Part shown: positions 1 to 9,923 of the stretch, one piece after another
How positions within the stretch are numbered: position 1 is the stretch's first letter
Layout: each line of letters begins with the position of its first letter
IMG/VR virus record: IMGVR_UViG_3300028841_000327
DNA length: 40,443 nucleotides
Reading direction: 5' to 3' (one strand)
Origin: a virus
Notes under the pieces: generated by a model
Database searches by the model: none
Seen by the model: only the letters and a program-made list of their open reading frames with translations
Told to the model about the DNA's origin: nothing
Made by a program: the position numbers and the translations under genes

Positions 1-100
1 CGCGCGTCAATGGCGCACGGCGCCGGCGCAGCATATCGTGTCGTGGGTGTCAAGCCGGCGCCGTCGTTTCGGTGTTCTCGATGCATGGTTACGCTCCTTG

Positions 101-1321
101 TCAAGCTGTTTTCGGTGCAAACGTCGGCCGCGGCATGGATCGGAACCGTGCCAAAGCCTCCGCCGTCTTCCGGGCGCGCTCCTCGGACTCTGGCGTGGTC
201 TTTGCGATGGGTCGACGCAGCTCGAGAGCTTCCGCTCGCTTCGGATCGACCCTCCTTACGAACGACAACGCCTGCGCCTTCGTCCTCAGCACTTCGTCCA
301 CAGACCGCCTTCCCAATCGCTCTCTCCGCCAAGCCACGGTCATCACGCCGTGGAACGCCATGCAGAGGTCGGAGGTGCTCAGTCCTTCACCCAGGACCGC
401 GTTGATGCGCTCGATCGACCCGTCACCAGCGGGAGCTCGGCAGATGGTCGCGTGTGCAGCCACCACCTCCTCGACGGCCAGGTTGCGCGGGACGGCGGCG
501 GCGGCCTTGGACTCGGCCGTGAACGGGAGCGCGAGCTGGTGGGTTGCGAGGGCCTCCTCTGAGGTCTGCTTGAGAGTCTCCTTAGGCGGCAATGGCGTCC
601 GGTTCCCCGACGCGATTTGTCCGCTATGGGACAGGTTGGATAGACCTACGAGGCCGAAGCGGGGGGTCGCCTTCAAGATCCGGCTGGGCGCCTGCTCGCC
701 GAAGCGGGCCTGCGGGCGCTTGGTGACCACGTGGCCGAGCTGGACGAGGTGGTGGAGGGTGGCGGAGACCGTCCTGGTGGCCAGGCCCGTCATGGCGGCC
801 ATGCGCTCCACCCCGGGGAAGCACCAGCCGTTCTCCCCCTCGTGCAGCAAGACCATGGCCAGGACCGCTCGAGCGCTCGTCTTGAGCAGGACCTTGCTGT
901 CGAAGGCCAGCACCATCGCCCCACGAAGCCCGCGGACGTCGCCCTCAGGCAGCTCCCCGATGGTCAGGACGACCCGACGGCCCACCGTGACCGTGCCGTT
1001 GGGCAGCTCACCGCCGCGCTCCACGACGTGGGTCACCAACAACCCAGCGGTCTCGAGCGTCCGGATCGCCCGCCGGACGGTCCGGGTCGTGCTCCCTGTC
1101 GCCTGGGCCAACTCGTCCTCGGTCGCCCAGCAGACGCGCTCCCTGGGCTCCCCGGGGGCTGGCGTACGGCTGTGCAGCACGGCGGCCGCCAGCGTCATGC
1201 GAGCGGCTGGCTTGAGGCCGAGGCTGGGCACGAACGCCCTGGCGGCGTACGTCGACGCCCCGACGAGCGCGTCGCTCACCGGCGCACGCAGGATGGGCAT
1301 GATGTCCCGGAGGGCCTTCAT
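101..1321 (-). CDS. Tandem helix-turn-helix protein, phage/plasmid replication-initiator-like (406 aa)
   Basis: Two HTH_36-like motifs: CWATEDELAQATGSTTRTVRRAIRTLETAGLL and WCFPGVERMAAMTGLATRTVSATLHHLVQLGHV. Confidence 0.65.
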   Translation of the reverse strand: MKALRDIMPILRAPVSDALVGASTYAARAFVPSLGLKPAARMTLAAAVLHSRTPAPGEPRERVCWATEDELAQATGSTTRTVRRAIRTLETAGLLVTHVVERGGELPNGTVTVGRRVVLTIGELPEGDVRGLRGAMVLAFDSKVLLKTSARAVLAMVLLHEGENGWCFPGVERMAAMTGLATRTVSATLHHLVQLGHVVTKRPQARFGEQAPSRILKATPRFGLVGLSNLSHSGQIASGNRTPLPPKETLKQTSEEALATHQLALPFTAESKAAAAVPRNLAVEEVVAAHATICRAPAGDGSIERINAVLGEGLSTSDLCMAFHGVMTVAWRRERLGRRSVDEVLRTKAQALSFVRRVDPKRAEALELRRPIAKTTPESEERARKTAEALARFRSMPRPTFAPKTA

Positions 1322-1341
1322 GCAGGCACCCTTCCGGCGGC

Positions 1342-1361
1342 TTGCAAGATTTCACTTGCAA
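1342..1361. promoter_or_regulatory. Palindromic operator-like site upstream of the HTH replication gene
   Basis: TTGCAAG-ATTTCA-CTTGCAA perfect inverted repeat ~20 bp upstream of the start at 1321, in an AT-richer intergenic region. Confidence 0.45.
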
Positions 1362-1702
1362 CCGTCTGTACTTCGGGCGTACAGTTCACCCGTAACCTCC
1401 CCTCTTGTTTGCGAGAGCAGAAGGGGTCGTCGCCTGGAAGCGAAGGTTCACGTCGGCCCGAGAGTTGAACGCTCCTCGGGCCGACATCTTTTTGTCGTTG
1501 ATCAGGTCCTGGTGGATCTTGGCGCACTCGCGGGCAGGAACCTGAGCTGCGGTGGTGGCCATGGCGGACCTACCATCATCCACAGTGCCCCGGGCGAGTC
1601 AACATGGACATGGCGGGGATGTCGTGCATCGCCAGAGCACTGCTCAAGCGGGCCACATGTGGGTCTGGACTGACCCATGAACAGACCATGTCGACCGTGT
1701 CG

Positions 1703-2164
1703 CTACTTCTTGTCGCGCTCGTTCTTGAACCACGCGAGGCGCTGCCCGACCCTAAGACCCTCAAGTGGCGAGCGCACGGCTATGCAGTTCAGCCGCCACC
1801 CGTGCATGTTGTGGCCTCGCATGGCCTCACGCACCGGTGCTGCGTAGTCCTCACCTGCGAGCACGACCAGTTCGTACGGCCCCGCCTTGAGCATGTGGTT
1901 GATGACAGCGTTCGCAGCGACCTGTCCCCACTGCTGCCGATCCTTGGGGCCCAGCCGCACCTCGTATGGCTCGACGACGGTCTCCGGATCCAGCAGGCCG
2001 AACTTCGCAGACAGGATGAACCACCCGTCGCACTCGGCCGCCCACCTCGACGCGGCCACGAAGAGCGAACCCGTGTAGAGCTGGCGCGCGGGCGCCGCGT
2101 GGTCGAGCTTGCTCTTGCCACACCCCACCAGCACGATCGTTAGAGGGCTCAGCACCGTATCCAT
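1703..2164 (-). CDS. DUF6884-like (YaaA-related) protein
   Basis: IVLVGCGKSK...APARQLYTGSLF...WFILSAKFGLL...EPYE...LAGEDY...PLEGLRVGQRLAW; GAGGAGG RBS. Confidence 0.75.
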   Translation of the reverse strand: MDTVLSPLTIVLVGCGKSKLDHAAPARQLYTGSLFVAASRWAAECDGWFILSAKFGLLDPETVVEPYEVRLGPKDRQQWGQVAANAVINHMLKAGPYELVVLAGEDYAAPVREAMRGHNMHGWRLNCIAVRSPLEGLRVGQRLAWFKNERDKK

Positions 2165-2343
2165 CGTCCACCTCCTCTTAGGTTCTTGCGCAGCCGAAGG
2201 ACGTTATCTACACAATGATCCTCCGTCGGCGAACTGCGCTCGCCGTAACTCGTGGTCATGATTCCATGGCACTCGAGAACCTTCTTTGGATGGATCGCAG
2301 GCTAAGCAGACCTCTGAGGCTCCATGTGCAAGAACATCTTCTC

Positions 2344-3072
2344 CTATGCGTCTGCCAGTTCGCCATCGAACCGTGCCCCGAGCTTGCGAAGGATGTCGCG
2401 AGCGAGGATCGTGCGGTGGCATCGGTTGTGGTCCATGCAGTAGCAGGTCAGCACGCTGCGCTTGCGCGCGAGCAGCTCGTCCCACACCGAACGGTTCGCC
2501 AGGTAGCTCGAGCGCATCTCGTCGAGGTACCCGAGCTGGTACGCCTTCCAGTCCTCGTCGGTGAGCTCACCGCCCTGCTTGCGCTTCTCGAGGAACGGAC
2601 CGAGCAAGTTCCACGACGGCGCGAACACGTCGACGCCGCTCTTGCGGCTGACGTTGTAGACGTCGGGATCGCGACTGCTGATGCGCGCCGTCAGGACCAG
2701 CGGCCGCTCGAACGTCAGCACCTGGCCGAGCTTCCCCACGGAGCGCGCGCGCTCGACGGTGTTGTTCGTGCCGCTGCTGTAGCCGTCCCAGATGGCGTGC
2801 ACGATGTCGGAGTCGAGCACGATGGTCGCGTTGCGCTTGTAGCCAGCCCCCCTGTCGAGGACGCCGTCCCCCTTGGGGTACCAGTTCGCGGGGTGCTCCT
2901 TGAACTCGAGCCCTCGTCGCTTCGCCGCCCGGACCGCCAGCGTGTCGATGCCTGGGGCAGCGCCGCTCACCACGACGTCGCCAACCTCGAGCGAAGCCAC
3001 CAGCTGCTCTACCAGTCGCGCGCCTTCCTTGGTCGGCCATCGGCTGCCGACGACGCCGACCCGACGGCTCAT
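2344..3072 (-). CDS. SLOG-superfamily (YspA/DUF2493-like) domain fused to DUF488-like domain (242 aa)
   Basis: N-term VGVVGSR...VVSGAAPGIDTLA...AGYKRNATIV...AIWDGYSSGT; C-term FAPSW...Y..Y..EM...LTCYC....CHR; start coupled (ATGA) to upstream HTH gene. Confidence 0.7.
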   Translation of the reverse strand: MSRRVGVVGSRWPTKEGARLVEQLVASLEVGDVVVSGAAPGIDTLAVRAAKRRGLEFKEHPANWYPKGDGVLDRGAGYKRNATIVLDSDIVHAIWDGYSSGTNNTVERARSVGKLGQVLTFERPLVLTARISSRDPDVYNVSRKSGVDVFAPSWNLLGPFLEKRKQGGELTDEDWKAYQLGYLDEMRSSYLANRSVWDELLARKRSVLTCYCMDHNRCHRTILARDILRKLGARFDGELADA

Positions 3073-3362
3073 CCTCGAGCCCTCGTCTCCACGGTTGCTC
3101 GAGCCCGCCGCTCCTTCGCGGTGGACCATGAGGTCGCCGGAATCGTTCCGTGCGACCAGGTCTCGATGTTGTCGCGGTGCGCGCTCGAGGGGCGCCTCTG
3201 ACCAGAGGCCCAGTAGTGCACCGCCACGCGCGTGACGGGCAGCTGGTCGGTGCCGAGCGCATCGGCGACGTCCTGCGCGGAGAGTCCCTCCTCGGCCATG
3301 CGCTGCGCGAGCGCGCGACTGCCGTCGGTGTGGACCCGCTTCTTGATCTTGGTCTTGGCCAT
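3069..3362 (-). CDS. Cro/XRE-like HTH DNA-binding protein (97 aa)
   Basis: GLSAQDVADALG...VTRVAVHYWASGQRRPS; TGATG coupling. Confidence 0.7.
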   Translation of the reverse strand: MAKTKIKKRVHTDGSRALAQRMAEEGLSAQDVADALGTDQLPVTRVAVHYWASGQRRPSSAHRDNIETWSHGTIPATSWSTAKERRARATVETRARG

Positions 3363-3970
3363 CAGGACCCGCCAGGCTTGTCTGCTGTGGCGATCGCTGC
3401 GCGCATCCTCTGCTGGATGGCGGGGAGAGCGTGCTCGAACTCGGCTTCGACACAGCGCCGGTAGGTCTCTTCGCTCTTGTACGGCAGCCCACTCACCGAG
3501 TATCCGATCAGCATGTGGAACAGATCCCAGTCGTCTTCGGTGGTCTCGGTGATGCCCTTGGGCGAGCCAAACCACGGCTCGATGTGATCGAGGTCCACCC
3601 GCCCCGCCGCCACGAAGAGGTCACGGATGGCGATGCCTCCGTGGTCGATGAGGTAGCGGACGATGGGGTTCGTGGCTGCCAGCGCGTAGAGCTGCTGCCA
3701 GTCGTCGACCGTGGCCGATGTGACCAGGGCCCGCGCCTTCTCCGCCTGCTGGATCATCTCTGGCCGCGCGTGCTGGCGTTTGCACTCGTGCGGGTTCGGG
3801 TCGCAGCCGCCCGCGACGAGGTGCAGTTCGGTGAGGTGGAGGCGGCCGCAGTCGAGGAGATAGCGGACCAACGGGTTCGCCCGGAACCGGAGGACGTCGC
3901 CGTCCCACACCATCGGTGGGAGCCGATACCATGAGGAGGGCAGTGGGACCGGGGGGATGATGGCGTCCAT
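3362..3970 (-). CDS. Phage hypothetical protein with an internally duplicated domain (202 aa)
   Basis: NPLVRYLLDCG...DDWQQLY and NPIVRYLIDHGG...DDWDLFHMLIGYSVSG; TAATG coupling to mom. Confidence 0.6.
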   Translation of the reverse strand: MDAIIPPVPLPSSWYRLPPMVWDGDVLRFRANPLVRYLLDCGRLHLTELHLVAGGCDPNPHECKRQHARPEMIQQAEKARALVTSATVDDWQQLYALAATNPIVRYLIDHGGIAIRDLFVAAGRVDLDHIEPWFGSPKGITETTEDDWDLFHMLIGYSVSGLPYKSEETYRRCVEAEFEHALPAIQQRMRAAIATADKPGGS

Positions 3971-4755
3971 TAGTGGATCTCCATCTTGGGGTAGGGCTTG
4001 CTGGTGGGCAGGAACCGTCGGTCCCGCTTCGAGAGGGCCCAGACGTACTTGTGGTTGCCCGGGTGTCGGGTGCACCGCGCGGTCGACTCGAGGGCTTGCC
4101 GGAGCCACGCGGCAGAGTCCTCGGTGCTGGTCAGGGCCGGGACGCCGAAGCGCTCGAGCTGCGCCGCCGCGTACCGCCACCCGCGCTCACGGTTCCGGAT
4201 CTTGGAGGCGGCCCTCGCCGAGAACACGGTCCCATCGGGGAGCATGTGCAGGGTCCTGCGGCTCCCCCGCCCGACGTAGACGGCGTTGAAGGCCTGGTAG
4301 ATGGTCCCGACGTGCCCACCGAAGACGACGCTTCCTGAGGCGTCCTGGCGGGGGAGCGGGTCCGAGAAGGACACTACCCCGACCACCTCCCCACGGAGCT
4401 GCTCGAACGCGCGCGCGAGGAACCACGTCTCCCCGTTGGACGGGACGTCGTCCAGCAAGACGAAGCGCCCGAGCTCCACCGAGTCGCCCGGGTCCCCCGG
4501 CAGCGGCTTCAGGACGCCGTTGGACATCGGCTGGGAGAACACGGCGACGCCGACGAGGTCCCCGCCGCGGTAGAGCCCGAAGCGAAACCGGGCCGCCGGG
4601 TAGGACCCCGAGTAGTGATGATCGAGGACGAACCGCTTGGCGACGGTGTCGCTGGCGATGGACGCCACCTCGTAGTCAGAGGTGCGGATGGTCTCGCCGA
4701 GGGGGCGGTAGGAGTCGCGGCGATCCTTCCACCGCTGGACCTGGTCGACGATCAC
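3970..4755 (-). CDS. mom: Mom-family adenine-modifying GNAT-fold enzyme (261 aa, GTG start)
   Basis: FVLDHHYS...FGLY...LVGVAVF...VELGRFVLLDDVPSNGETWFLARAF...VVSFSDP...GHVGTIYQAFNAVYVG. Confidence 0.8.
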   Translation of the reverse strand: MIVDQVQRWKDRRDSYRPLGETIRTSDYEVASIASDTVAKRFVLDHHYSGSYPAARFRFGLYRGGDLVGVAVFSQPMSNGVLKPLPGDPGDSVELGRFVLLDDVPSNGETWFLARAFEQLRGEVVGVVSFSDPLPRQDASGSVVFGGHVGTIYQAFNAVYVGRGSRRTLHMLPDGTVFSARAASKIRNRERGWRYAAAQLERFGVPALTSTEDSAAWLRQALESTARCTRHPGNHKYVWALSKRDRRFLPTSKPYPKMEIH

Positions 4756-5006
4756 GACTCCCTCCGGAGCTTCACCCAGCGCACCCACTTGTGGGCCGGG
4801 GCTCGCTCGACGAGGCGCAGGCGCAGGAAGCCGCGCGTCGCGCCCATGAGCACGGCGACCTTCATGGCGAGGCTCGGGGTCTTGACGATCGTGTCGACGA
4901 GGTCGAGCACAGACCGACTCCCCTTGCGGATGTGGAACCCTTCCATCGCACCCAACGTGAACGCGAAGGCGACCGTGACCTTGGTGTTGTTGATCTCGTC
5001 TGACAT
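4752..5006 (-). CDS. Hypothetical protein (84 aa)
   Basis: GAAGGAG RBS, stop overlaps mom start. Confidence 0.6.
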   Translation of the reverse strand: MSDEINNTKVTVAFAFTLGAMEGFHIRKGSRSVLDLVDTIVKTPSLAMKVAVLMGATRGFLRLRLVERAPAHKWVRWVKLRRES

Positions 5007-5015
5007 GGCTCTCCT

Positions 5016-5672
5016 TCAACGTCGCAACGTGATGTCCTCGGCCGAGGCGGCCGATGTCCAACGGTGACCGCAGCTCGAGCAGGACAAGTGTAGGTGAGGG
5101 CGCTGGTTGTGCAGCAGCGCCGACACGACGTTCTGCTGCATCCAGCTCAAGGTCTCGAGCCACTCTTTGCTGGACATGTCACCGTCCGGTAGGATCCATG
5201 GGCGCGCCTTCGGGAACAGTTCGGCGCAGGCCTCGCGATGCTGGTCTGCTGTGCAGCAAGCTGTCCTGACGTCGCCGATGGTCGCGAGCTCAGGGGCCGC
5301 CACGTAGCTGCACACTGGGCATGTCCACTTCGCTCCACGGTACAACCGGCCCGTCACATCGGCGCCGACGATGTCGTGGTAGCCGCCGCGCGGCATGGAC
5401 ATCGCGTCGCGAGTCGCGTCCGCGCCATCGAGCGACCGCTCCTCCCAGTAGAGGGCCTTGGCGGGCGGCATCGCCGCCGCGTGCTCGATGGCCTGTGCAA
5501 CGACGACCCCGACCGCGGTGGGATCACGATACGGGTGACCGACAGCGAGTAGGGGGACACGCCGCCGCTTGAGGCGACGAAGCGTCCCGAGGATGCTGTC
5601 ATGGTAGACGACGCCGATGCAGAGGCCCACGACGGAGCCCGCACCAGCGACCAGCAGGAGCAGGGCGCTCAT
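5016..5672 (-). CDS. Membrane-anchored protein with Zn-ribbon motifs (218 aa)
   Basis: Hydrophobic N-terminus SALLLLVAGAGSVVGLCIGVVY; CPVC and CSSC pairs; ATGA coupling. Confidence 0.55.
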   Translation of the reverse strand: MSALLLLVAGAGSVVGLCIGVVYHDSILGTLRRLKRRRVPLLAVGHPYRDPTAVGVVVAQAIEHAAAMPPAKALYWEERSLDGADATRDAMSMPRGGYHDIVGADVTGRLYRGAKWTCPVCSYVAAPELATIGDVRTACCTADQHREACAELFPKARPWILPDGDMSSKEWLETLSWMQQNVVSALLHNQRPHLHLSCSSCGHRWTSAASAEDITLRR

Positions 5673-6547
5673 GATGTGGACCTCTCTATGGTCACACCAT
5701 CGAGCGCCCTCGCCGCCGCGTGCAGGGAATGGTCCCAAGTGTTGTAGGCGGCTCGGCGCGTCCTGTAGAGGTCGTTGGCCCAGTTGCCCGTGGGCACCGC
5801 GGTCACCGCCACCCAGCGGGTGAGGAGGCTACGGTCTCGAGGTCGGATCGAGATGCCTGGCATCACGACACCGCACCGCCTGTTGCCATGCTGGAAGATG
5901 GCGGCGAAGTAGACGGGCGAGTCCCCTTCGTCCACCGACGCCTCGATGCGCTCGACAGACAACTCCTCGACCGGTTGGCTGACGCCTCCGCGGATGACGA
6001 TGTCGTGCCTGAACCATTGCAAGAGCAGGCGCGCGGCAGCCGCAGCGGACGCCGAGTCCGTCACCTCGACCGACAGATCGTCGGCACGGGCACGTCGCGC
6101 CGTGCGCTTGCTGGCTGCCTTCTTGGTCGCCGCGCCCTTCTTGCCCTTCTTCTTGTCATCGGGGGGCGGCACGGGCTGCAGGGCCTGCTTCGGGAGAGTC
6201 CCCGGATCGACGACCGCCACGCCGCGGAGAACCGATGCGCGTACCGCCTGGGTCGACCAAGCGACGCTGCCGTGCTTCGTCGCCCGGCTTGGCTTGCTCG
6301 GGAGCACGATCATCCAGCCTGTGCCTCCCTGAACCTGCGCCCGAACCACCCATCCGGTGACCGGCTCCTTCGGGCTGAGGCGCAGAGGCACCGCAGCGAG
6401 CAGGTGCCCGCAGTAGTGGTGATACGGTGCGCAAACGCGACTCAGCCACGCCACGGGCTCGCCCGCGTCCAGCGCGGTGATGGTCATGTCACGAGCCACA
6501 GAGATGACGTCGGCGATGGTCGCGGTCGACATGGTCGCGGTCGACAT
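5669..6547 (-). CDS. Hypothetical protein (292 aa)
   Basis: Co-oriented ORF, Lys-rich central linker. Confidence 0.55.
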   Translation of the reverse strand: MSTATMSTATIADVISVARDMTITALDAGEPVAWLSRVCAPYHHYCGHLLAAVPLRLSPKEPVTGWVVRAQVQGGTGWMIVLPSKPSRATKHGSVAWSTQAVRASVLRGVAVVDPGTLPKQALQPVPPPDDKKKGKKGAATKKAASKRTARRARADDLSVEVTDSASAAAAARLLLQWFRHDIVIRGGVSQPVEELSVERIEASVDEGDSPVYFAAIFQHGNRRCGVVMPGISIRPRDRSLLTRWVAVTAVPTGNWANDLYRTRRAAYNTWDHSLHAAARALDGVTIERSTS

Positions 6548-6551
6548 GGGG

Positions 6552-6848
6552 TCAGCCAGGGACCTGGGCGACCTCTTCTGGGGTCGCGAGCCTGGTGTGG
6601 ATCTCGGGGAGGAACGGTCCCCCGTTGGGGTTCCACCATTCGACTTGGGTCACCACCAAGAAGAGCGGCTTCGTGATGTCCGCGGGGATGGGGGAAGGGT
6701 AGCCGGCTGGCCGGACGTAGTGCTTCTGGTGTGGGAAGATGTGGAGCATCTCTCCTACGCGAGGGATGAGGCCGTGGCAGAAGGAGAGTCCGATCACGTC
6801 CTCTCGGCCGGGCACGGTGACGGATACCTCGACGACGTTGCTGAGCAT
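6552..6848 (-). CDS. Hypothetical protein (98 aa)
   Basis: TGATG coupling to exonuclease gene. Confidence 0.55.
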   Translation of the reverse strand: MLSNVVEVSVTVPGREDVIGLSFCHGLIPRVGEMLHIFPHQKHYVRPAGYPSPIPADITKPLFLVVTQVEWWNPNGGPFLPEIHTRLATPEEVAQVPG

Positions 6849-7885
6849 CAGCCACCGCCCTTCGGCTCGAACGACGGCGCGGGGAGCGCGCGGATGTGCG
6901 CGGCCGCGTTGTGGACGACACCTCGCCCCGATGCGCCGCTGGCGACGTTCTCGCCGCTGGCGATCTCGCGCTTGGCCTGCTCGATGGCCTTGGCGCACCG
7001 CTCGCGCTCGCCCATCGCGATCTCCATCCACGAGGTGGGCGGCGCGGGCGCGTCGACCTCGGGTGCCACGGGCTTGGCCGCTTCCTCCACGGGGGGCGAC
7101 TTCCATCCGAGCTGCCGGTGATCCCAGCAGAGCGGGGGCATGTGCATCACGCCGTTGCCGGCAGACTCGGAGCAGCCGGGGCAGTAGGCCATCCCTTCTG
7201 CGTCGAGCGGCGGGTCGAGCGTCGGGTCCGGGAGGTTGGCGAGGAACCTCGCCATGTCGTTGGCCGAGAGGTCTCGAACGTTCGGCTGGTCGAGACGCAG
7301 CCGGGTGCGCAGCGCCAAGCTGCGAATCGCATGGGCGCAGCGCTCGCGCTCTCGGAACGCGACGGCCTGCCAGCTGGTCGGGGTCTGCGCCTCGAACCAC
7401 GCGAGGAGTCCGTTGTGGTAGCGACGGATCTGCCGAGCGTCGGAGACGGCCTCGTGCTTCGCCAGCTCGCGTTCCTCGAACTGCTTGAGGTCGCCGGTGA
7501 AGCCGACGTTCTTGGCGAACTGCTTGACATCGTTGCAGTAGTGGGGGAACGACTTCGGCAGGTCGACCATGCGGCCCCACAGCTGGCAGAACAGGACCCA
7601 GTCGTAGGCGCTGTAGTAGCCGTAGAACTCGATGCGGTCGTCCTCGGCGAGGAACGCTTCGATGGCGTCGCGGGCGTGGGCTCGAGTCACCCACGTGTTG
7701 GTGGGCGGGAGGTGCGGCAGCACGTTCTCGACCAGCCAGTGGCTGGCGTGGGCGACGACCCACCCGTCCGAGAAGGTGAACGAGAGGCTCGCGCCGTCGT
7801 CGCGCACGAGTCCAAGGGAGATGAGCTCGATGGGGTAGTCGGGCCCCCGCTCGTTGAACTCGGTGTCGAGGTAGTACCGGGCCAT
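6848..7885 (-). CDS. DEDDh 3'-5' exonuclease, Rv2179c/RNase AS-like, with C-terminal extension (345 aa)
   Basis: YYLDTEF...ELISLGLV...WLVENVLPHL...YYSAYDWVLFCQLWGRMVDLP...DVKQ...HEAVSDAR; extension has two ERERCA motifs. Confidence 0.8.
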   Translation of the reverse strand: MARYYLDTEFNERGPDYPIELISLGLVRDDGASLSFTFSDGWVVAHASHWLVENVLPHLPPTNTWVTRAHARDAIEAFLAEDDRIEFYGYYSAYDWVLFCQLWGRMVDLPKSFPHYCNDVKQFAKNVGFTGDLKQFEERELAKHEAVSDARQIRRYHNGLLAWFEAQTPTSWQAVAFRERERCAHAIRSLALRTRLRLDQPNVRDLSANDMARFLANLPDPTLDPPLDAEGMAYCPGCSESAGNGVMHMPPLCWDHRQLGWKSPPVEEAAKPVAPEVDAPAPPTSWMEIAMGERERCAKAIEQAKREIASGENVASGASGRGVVHNAAAHIRALPAPSFEPKGGG

Positions 7886-8181
7886 CAGTCGATCCCGAGG
7901 TCGTCGGCGAGCTTGACGATCGCCTGGTAGGTGGGGGGGATGGCGGCGATGGCGGCGAGAGTCTCGGCGTGGTGGGCCTCCTCGCTGAGCGCCTCGATGT
8001 TGCGGTCGCGCTGCTCGAGCCGCATGAACGCCTCGACGTGCCGCGGGTCGGTCTTCTTGGCGGCCTTGCGCACGGCCTTGTCGATCGACTTGTCGTCGAT
8101 GATGTCGCTGAGGGCGAGGATGATGCGGCGCTTGCGGTTGGTGACCGAGAGGATGTCGTCGTCGTCTTCGTCGTGGAGCAT
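7885..8181 (-). CDS. Hypothetical protein (98 aa)
   Basis: Co-oriented, coupled ORF. Confidence 0.6.
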   Translation of the reverse strand: MLHDEDDDDILSVTNRKRRIILALSDIIDDKSIDKAVRKAAKKTDPRHVEAFMRLEQRDRNIEALSEEAHHAETLAAIAAIPPTYQAIVKLADDLGID

Positions 8182-8209
8182 GGTGGTGAAGTCTCTCTTG
8201 GGCTGGTGG

Positions 8210-8611
8210 TCAGAAGGGTCGACTGTCTTTTTCGACGATGGTGCCTCCCGGCACCTCGCCCGGCTCGAGGGGGGCGGTGCCTGGACGGAGCGGCCCGAAG
8301 GCCACCCACAGCCGCACCATGCCGCCCGGCTTGTTGCTGATGGAGCGGAGCGGCTCCCACGTGAGCCCCTCGGACTTCATGCGTTCGCGGAGGAGATCCC
8401 AGGCGTCCGGGCCAGGGTCGTTGTCCTCGTGGCCGCCCCCCTCGTCGATGTGCGCGATGTACTGGCCGTGTCCGGCCGCGTCCATGACGGCGCGGTTCAG
8501 GCTCTGCCAGAGCGCCTCGGCCGCCGCGTGGACGCGCGCGTCGTCCTGCGTCTTGGCACTAGCGTTGGTGTCGTCGGCCTTCTTCTTGGCCAGGTCGGCG
8601 AGCTTCTCCAT
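8210..8611 (-). CDS. Hypothetical protein (133 aa)
   Basis: Co-oriented, TGATG coupled. Confidence 0.6.
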   Translation of the reverse strand: MEKLADLAKKKADDTNASAKTQDDARVHAAAEALWQSLNRAVMDAAGHGQYIAHIDEGGGHEDNDPGPDAWDLLRERMKSEGLTWEPLRSISNKPGGMVRLWVAFGPLRPGTAPLEPGEVPGGTIVEKDSRPF

Positions 8612-9351
8612 CAGTCACCCCCTCGACGGTGAGGGTCGATCGTCAGGTGTCGCGCGCCGCGAGCGCGCTCGCTGATCCGCACGTCGATGACTCGACGGAT
8701 CGTGTAGCCGCTGGTCTTGACGAGGCGTCCCATCGCGCCGAGGATGGCGTACAGTTCGGCTTCGGAGTAGGTGTCCGTCGTCGCGAGCCAGTCGAGGTAA
8801 TCGACGCGATCGGTGTCGGTGATCTCTCCGGTCCGGATCTCTTGGCGCAGTTCTTGGGCCTGGGCCTGCGCCTGCGCCTGCACATCATCGAGGCTGCGGT
8901 CGGACAGGCCTGCGCCATCGCAGGCGCGGAGCTTGTCGTACAGGGGGGCACCGGTCTTGGGATCCTCTCCGCTGGATGAGCGGAGGAGCGCGATGCCGAT
9001 GGTGGTTCGTGCGATGTCGTGGGGCAGCTCGCCGAGGTAGATCGTGAGGGAGCCCAGCGGCGGAGGACGACCCACAAGCGCGCCGCTCCCCGGAGGAGGC
9101 GGCGGCGTGTTGGGGATGCAGAAGATGTGCTCCACCGCGAGCCGATGGACGATGTTCGAGATGTCGCCGCACGCATCTGCCTCCGCGCGGGTCATCGTGA
9201 ACTCGGTGCGGTCGGGGGAGTCGGCCGCCTTGCTGGTGATCCAGCGCACGACGTTCTGGAAGCATTCGTCGTTGCGACTGTCCCTCGTCTCGAGGCGACG
9301 CTTGAGGGCTTCGTTGCGCAGCCGGGTGCCGAGCGGTTCTTGGTCGGTCAT
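8611..9351 (-). CDS. Hypothetical protein (246 aa)
   Basis: AGAAAGG RBS, ATGA coupling. Confidence 0.55.
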   Translation of the reverse strand: MTDQEPLGTRLRNEALKRRLETRDSRNDECFQNVVRWITSKAADSPDRTEFTMTRAEADACGDISNIVHRLAVEHIFCIPNTPPPPPGSGALVGRPPPLGSLTIYLGELPHDIARTTIGIALLRSSSGEDPKTGAPLYDKLRACDGAGLSDRSLDDVQAQAQAQAQELRQEIRTGEITDTDRVDYLDWLATTDTYSEAELYAILGAMGRLVKTSGYTIRRVIDVRISERARGARHLTIDPHRRGGD

Positions 9352-9923
9352 CGTAGGTACCTTTCTGGTTCGTGGGCGGGACAGCCGACAGGACCGCCTG
9401 CGGCGGTGGACATGCGAGCGCAGGCGGGGCACGGCGCGCCCTTGGGGGTCGTCCGCGCCTCGCGCGCCTCCATGATCATCTGCTCGGCCCGCGTAGGACC
9501 GACCGCCTGCACGAGCGCGGCCCTCGCGACCTCGTGCGCCGCCTCGAGCGCCTTCTCAGCTACACGCAGGTGCTTCTCGAGGTTGTCTTGGTGAGGGTCG
9601 ACGACCCCCTCACGGAGGTCGGCCGCGAGCGCGAAGAGGTTGTGCGCGAGCGAGACGCGGATGTCCTGCGGGATGCTCTGGAACCGCTCGTGCACGACCG
9701 TGAGCAGCGTCGCGAGCGGCACCCCGATGGCGAAGCGGAACGAGCCCCGCTCCCCCGGAGCATCTGCCATGTGGACCACGAAGAAGGCGTCGCTGTGGCA
9801 GACGCCCGCGGCGACGGCGTCGGCGGGCGTCATGTGGATGGCGAACACCTGGTGACCGCCGAACGAGAAGAGGGTTGCAGTGCGCCGTGCGGCAGTGCGC
9901 GTGGCGGTCGGTTCAGCGTTCAT
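9348..9923 (-). CDS. Hypothetical protein (191 aa), C-terminal Cys cluster
   Basis: Coupled ORF; CPAC...CPAH. Confidence 0.55.
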   Translation of the reverse strand: MNAEPTATRTAARRTATLFSFGGHQVFAIHMTPADAVAAGVCHSDAFFVVHMADAPGERGSFRFAIGVPLATLLTVVHERFQSIPQDIRVSLAHNLFALAADLREGVVDPHQDNLEKHLRVAEKALEAAHEVARAALVQAVGPTRAEQMIMEAREARTTPKGAPCPACARMSTAAGGPVGCPAHEPERYLR

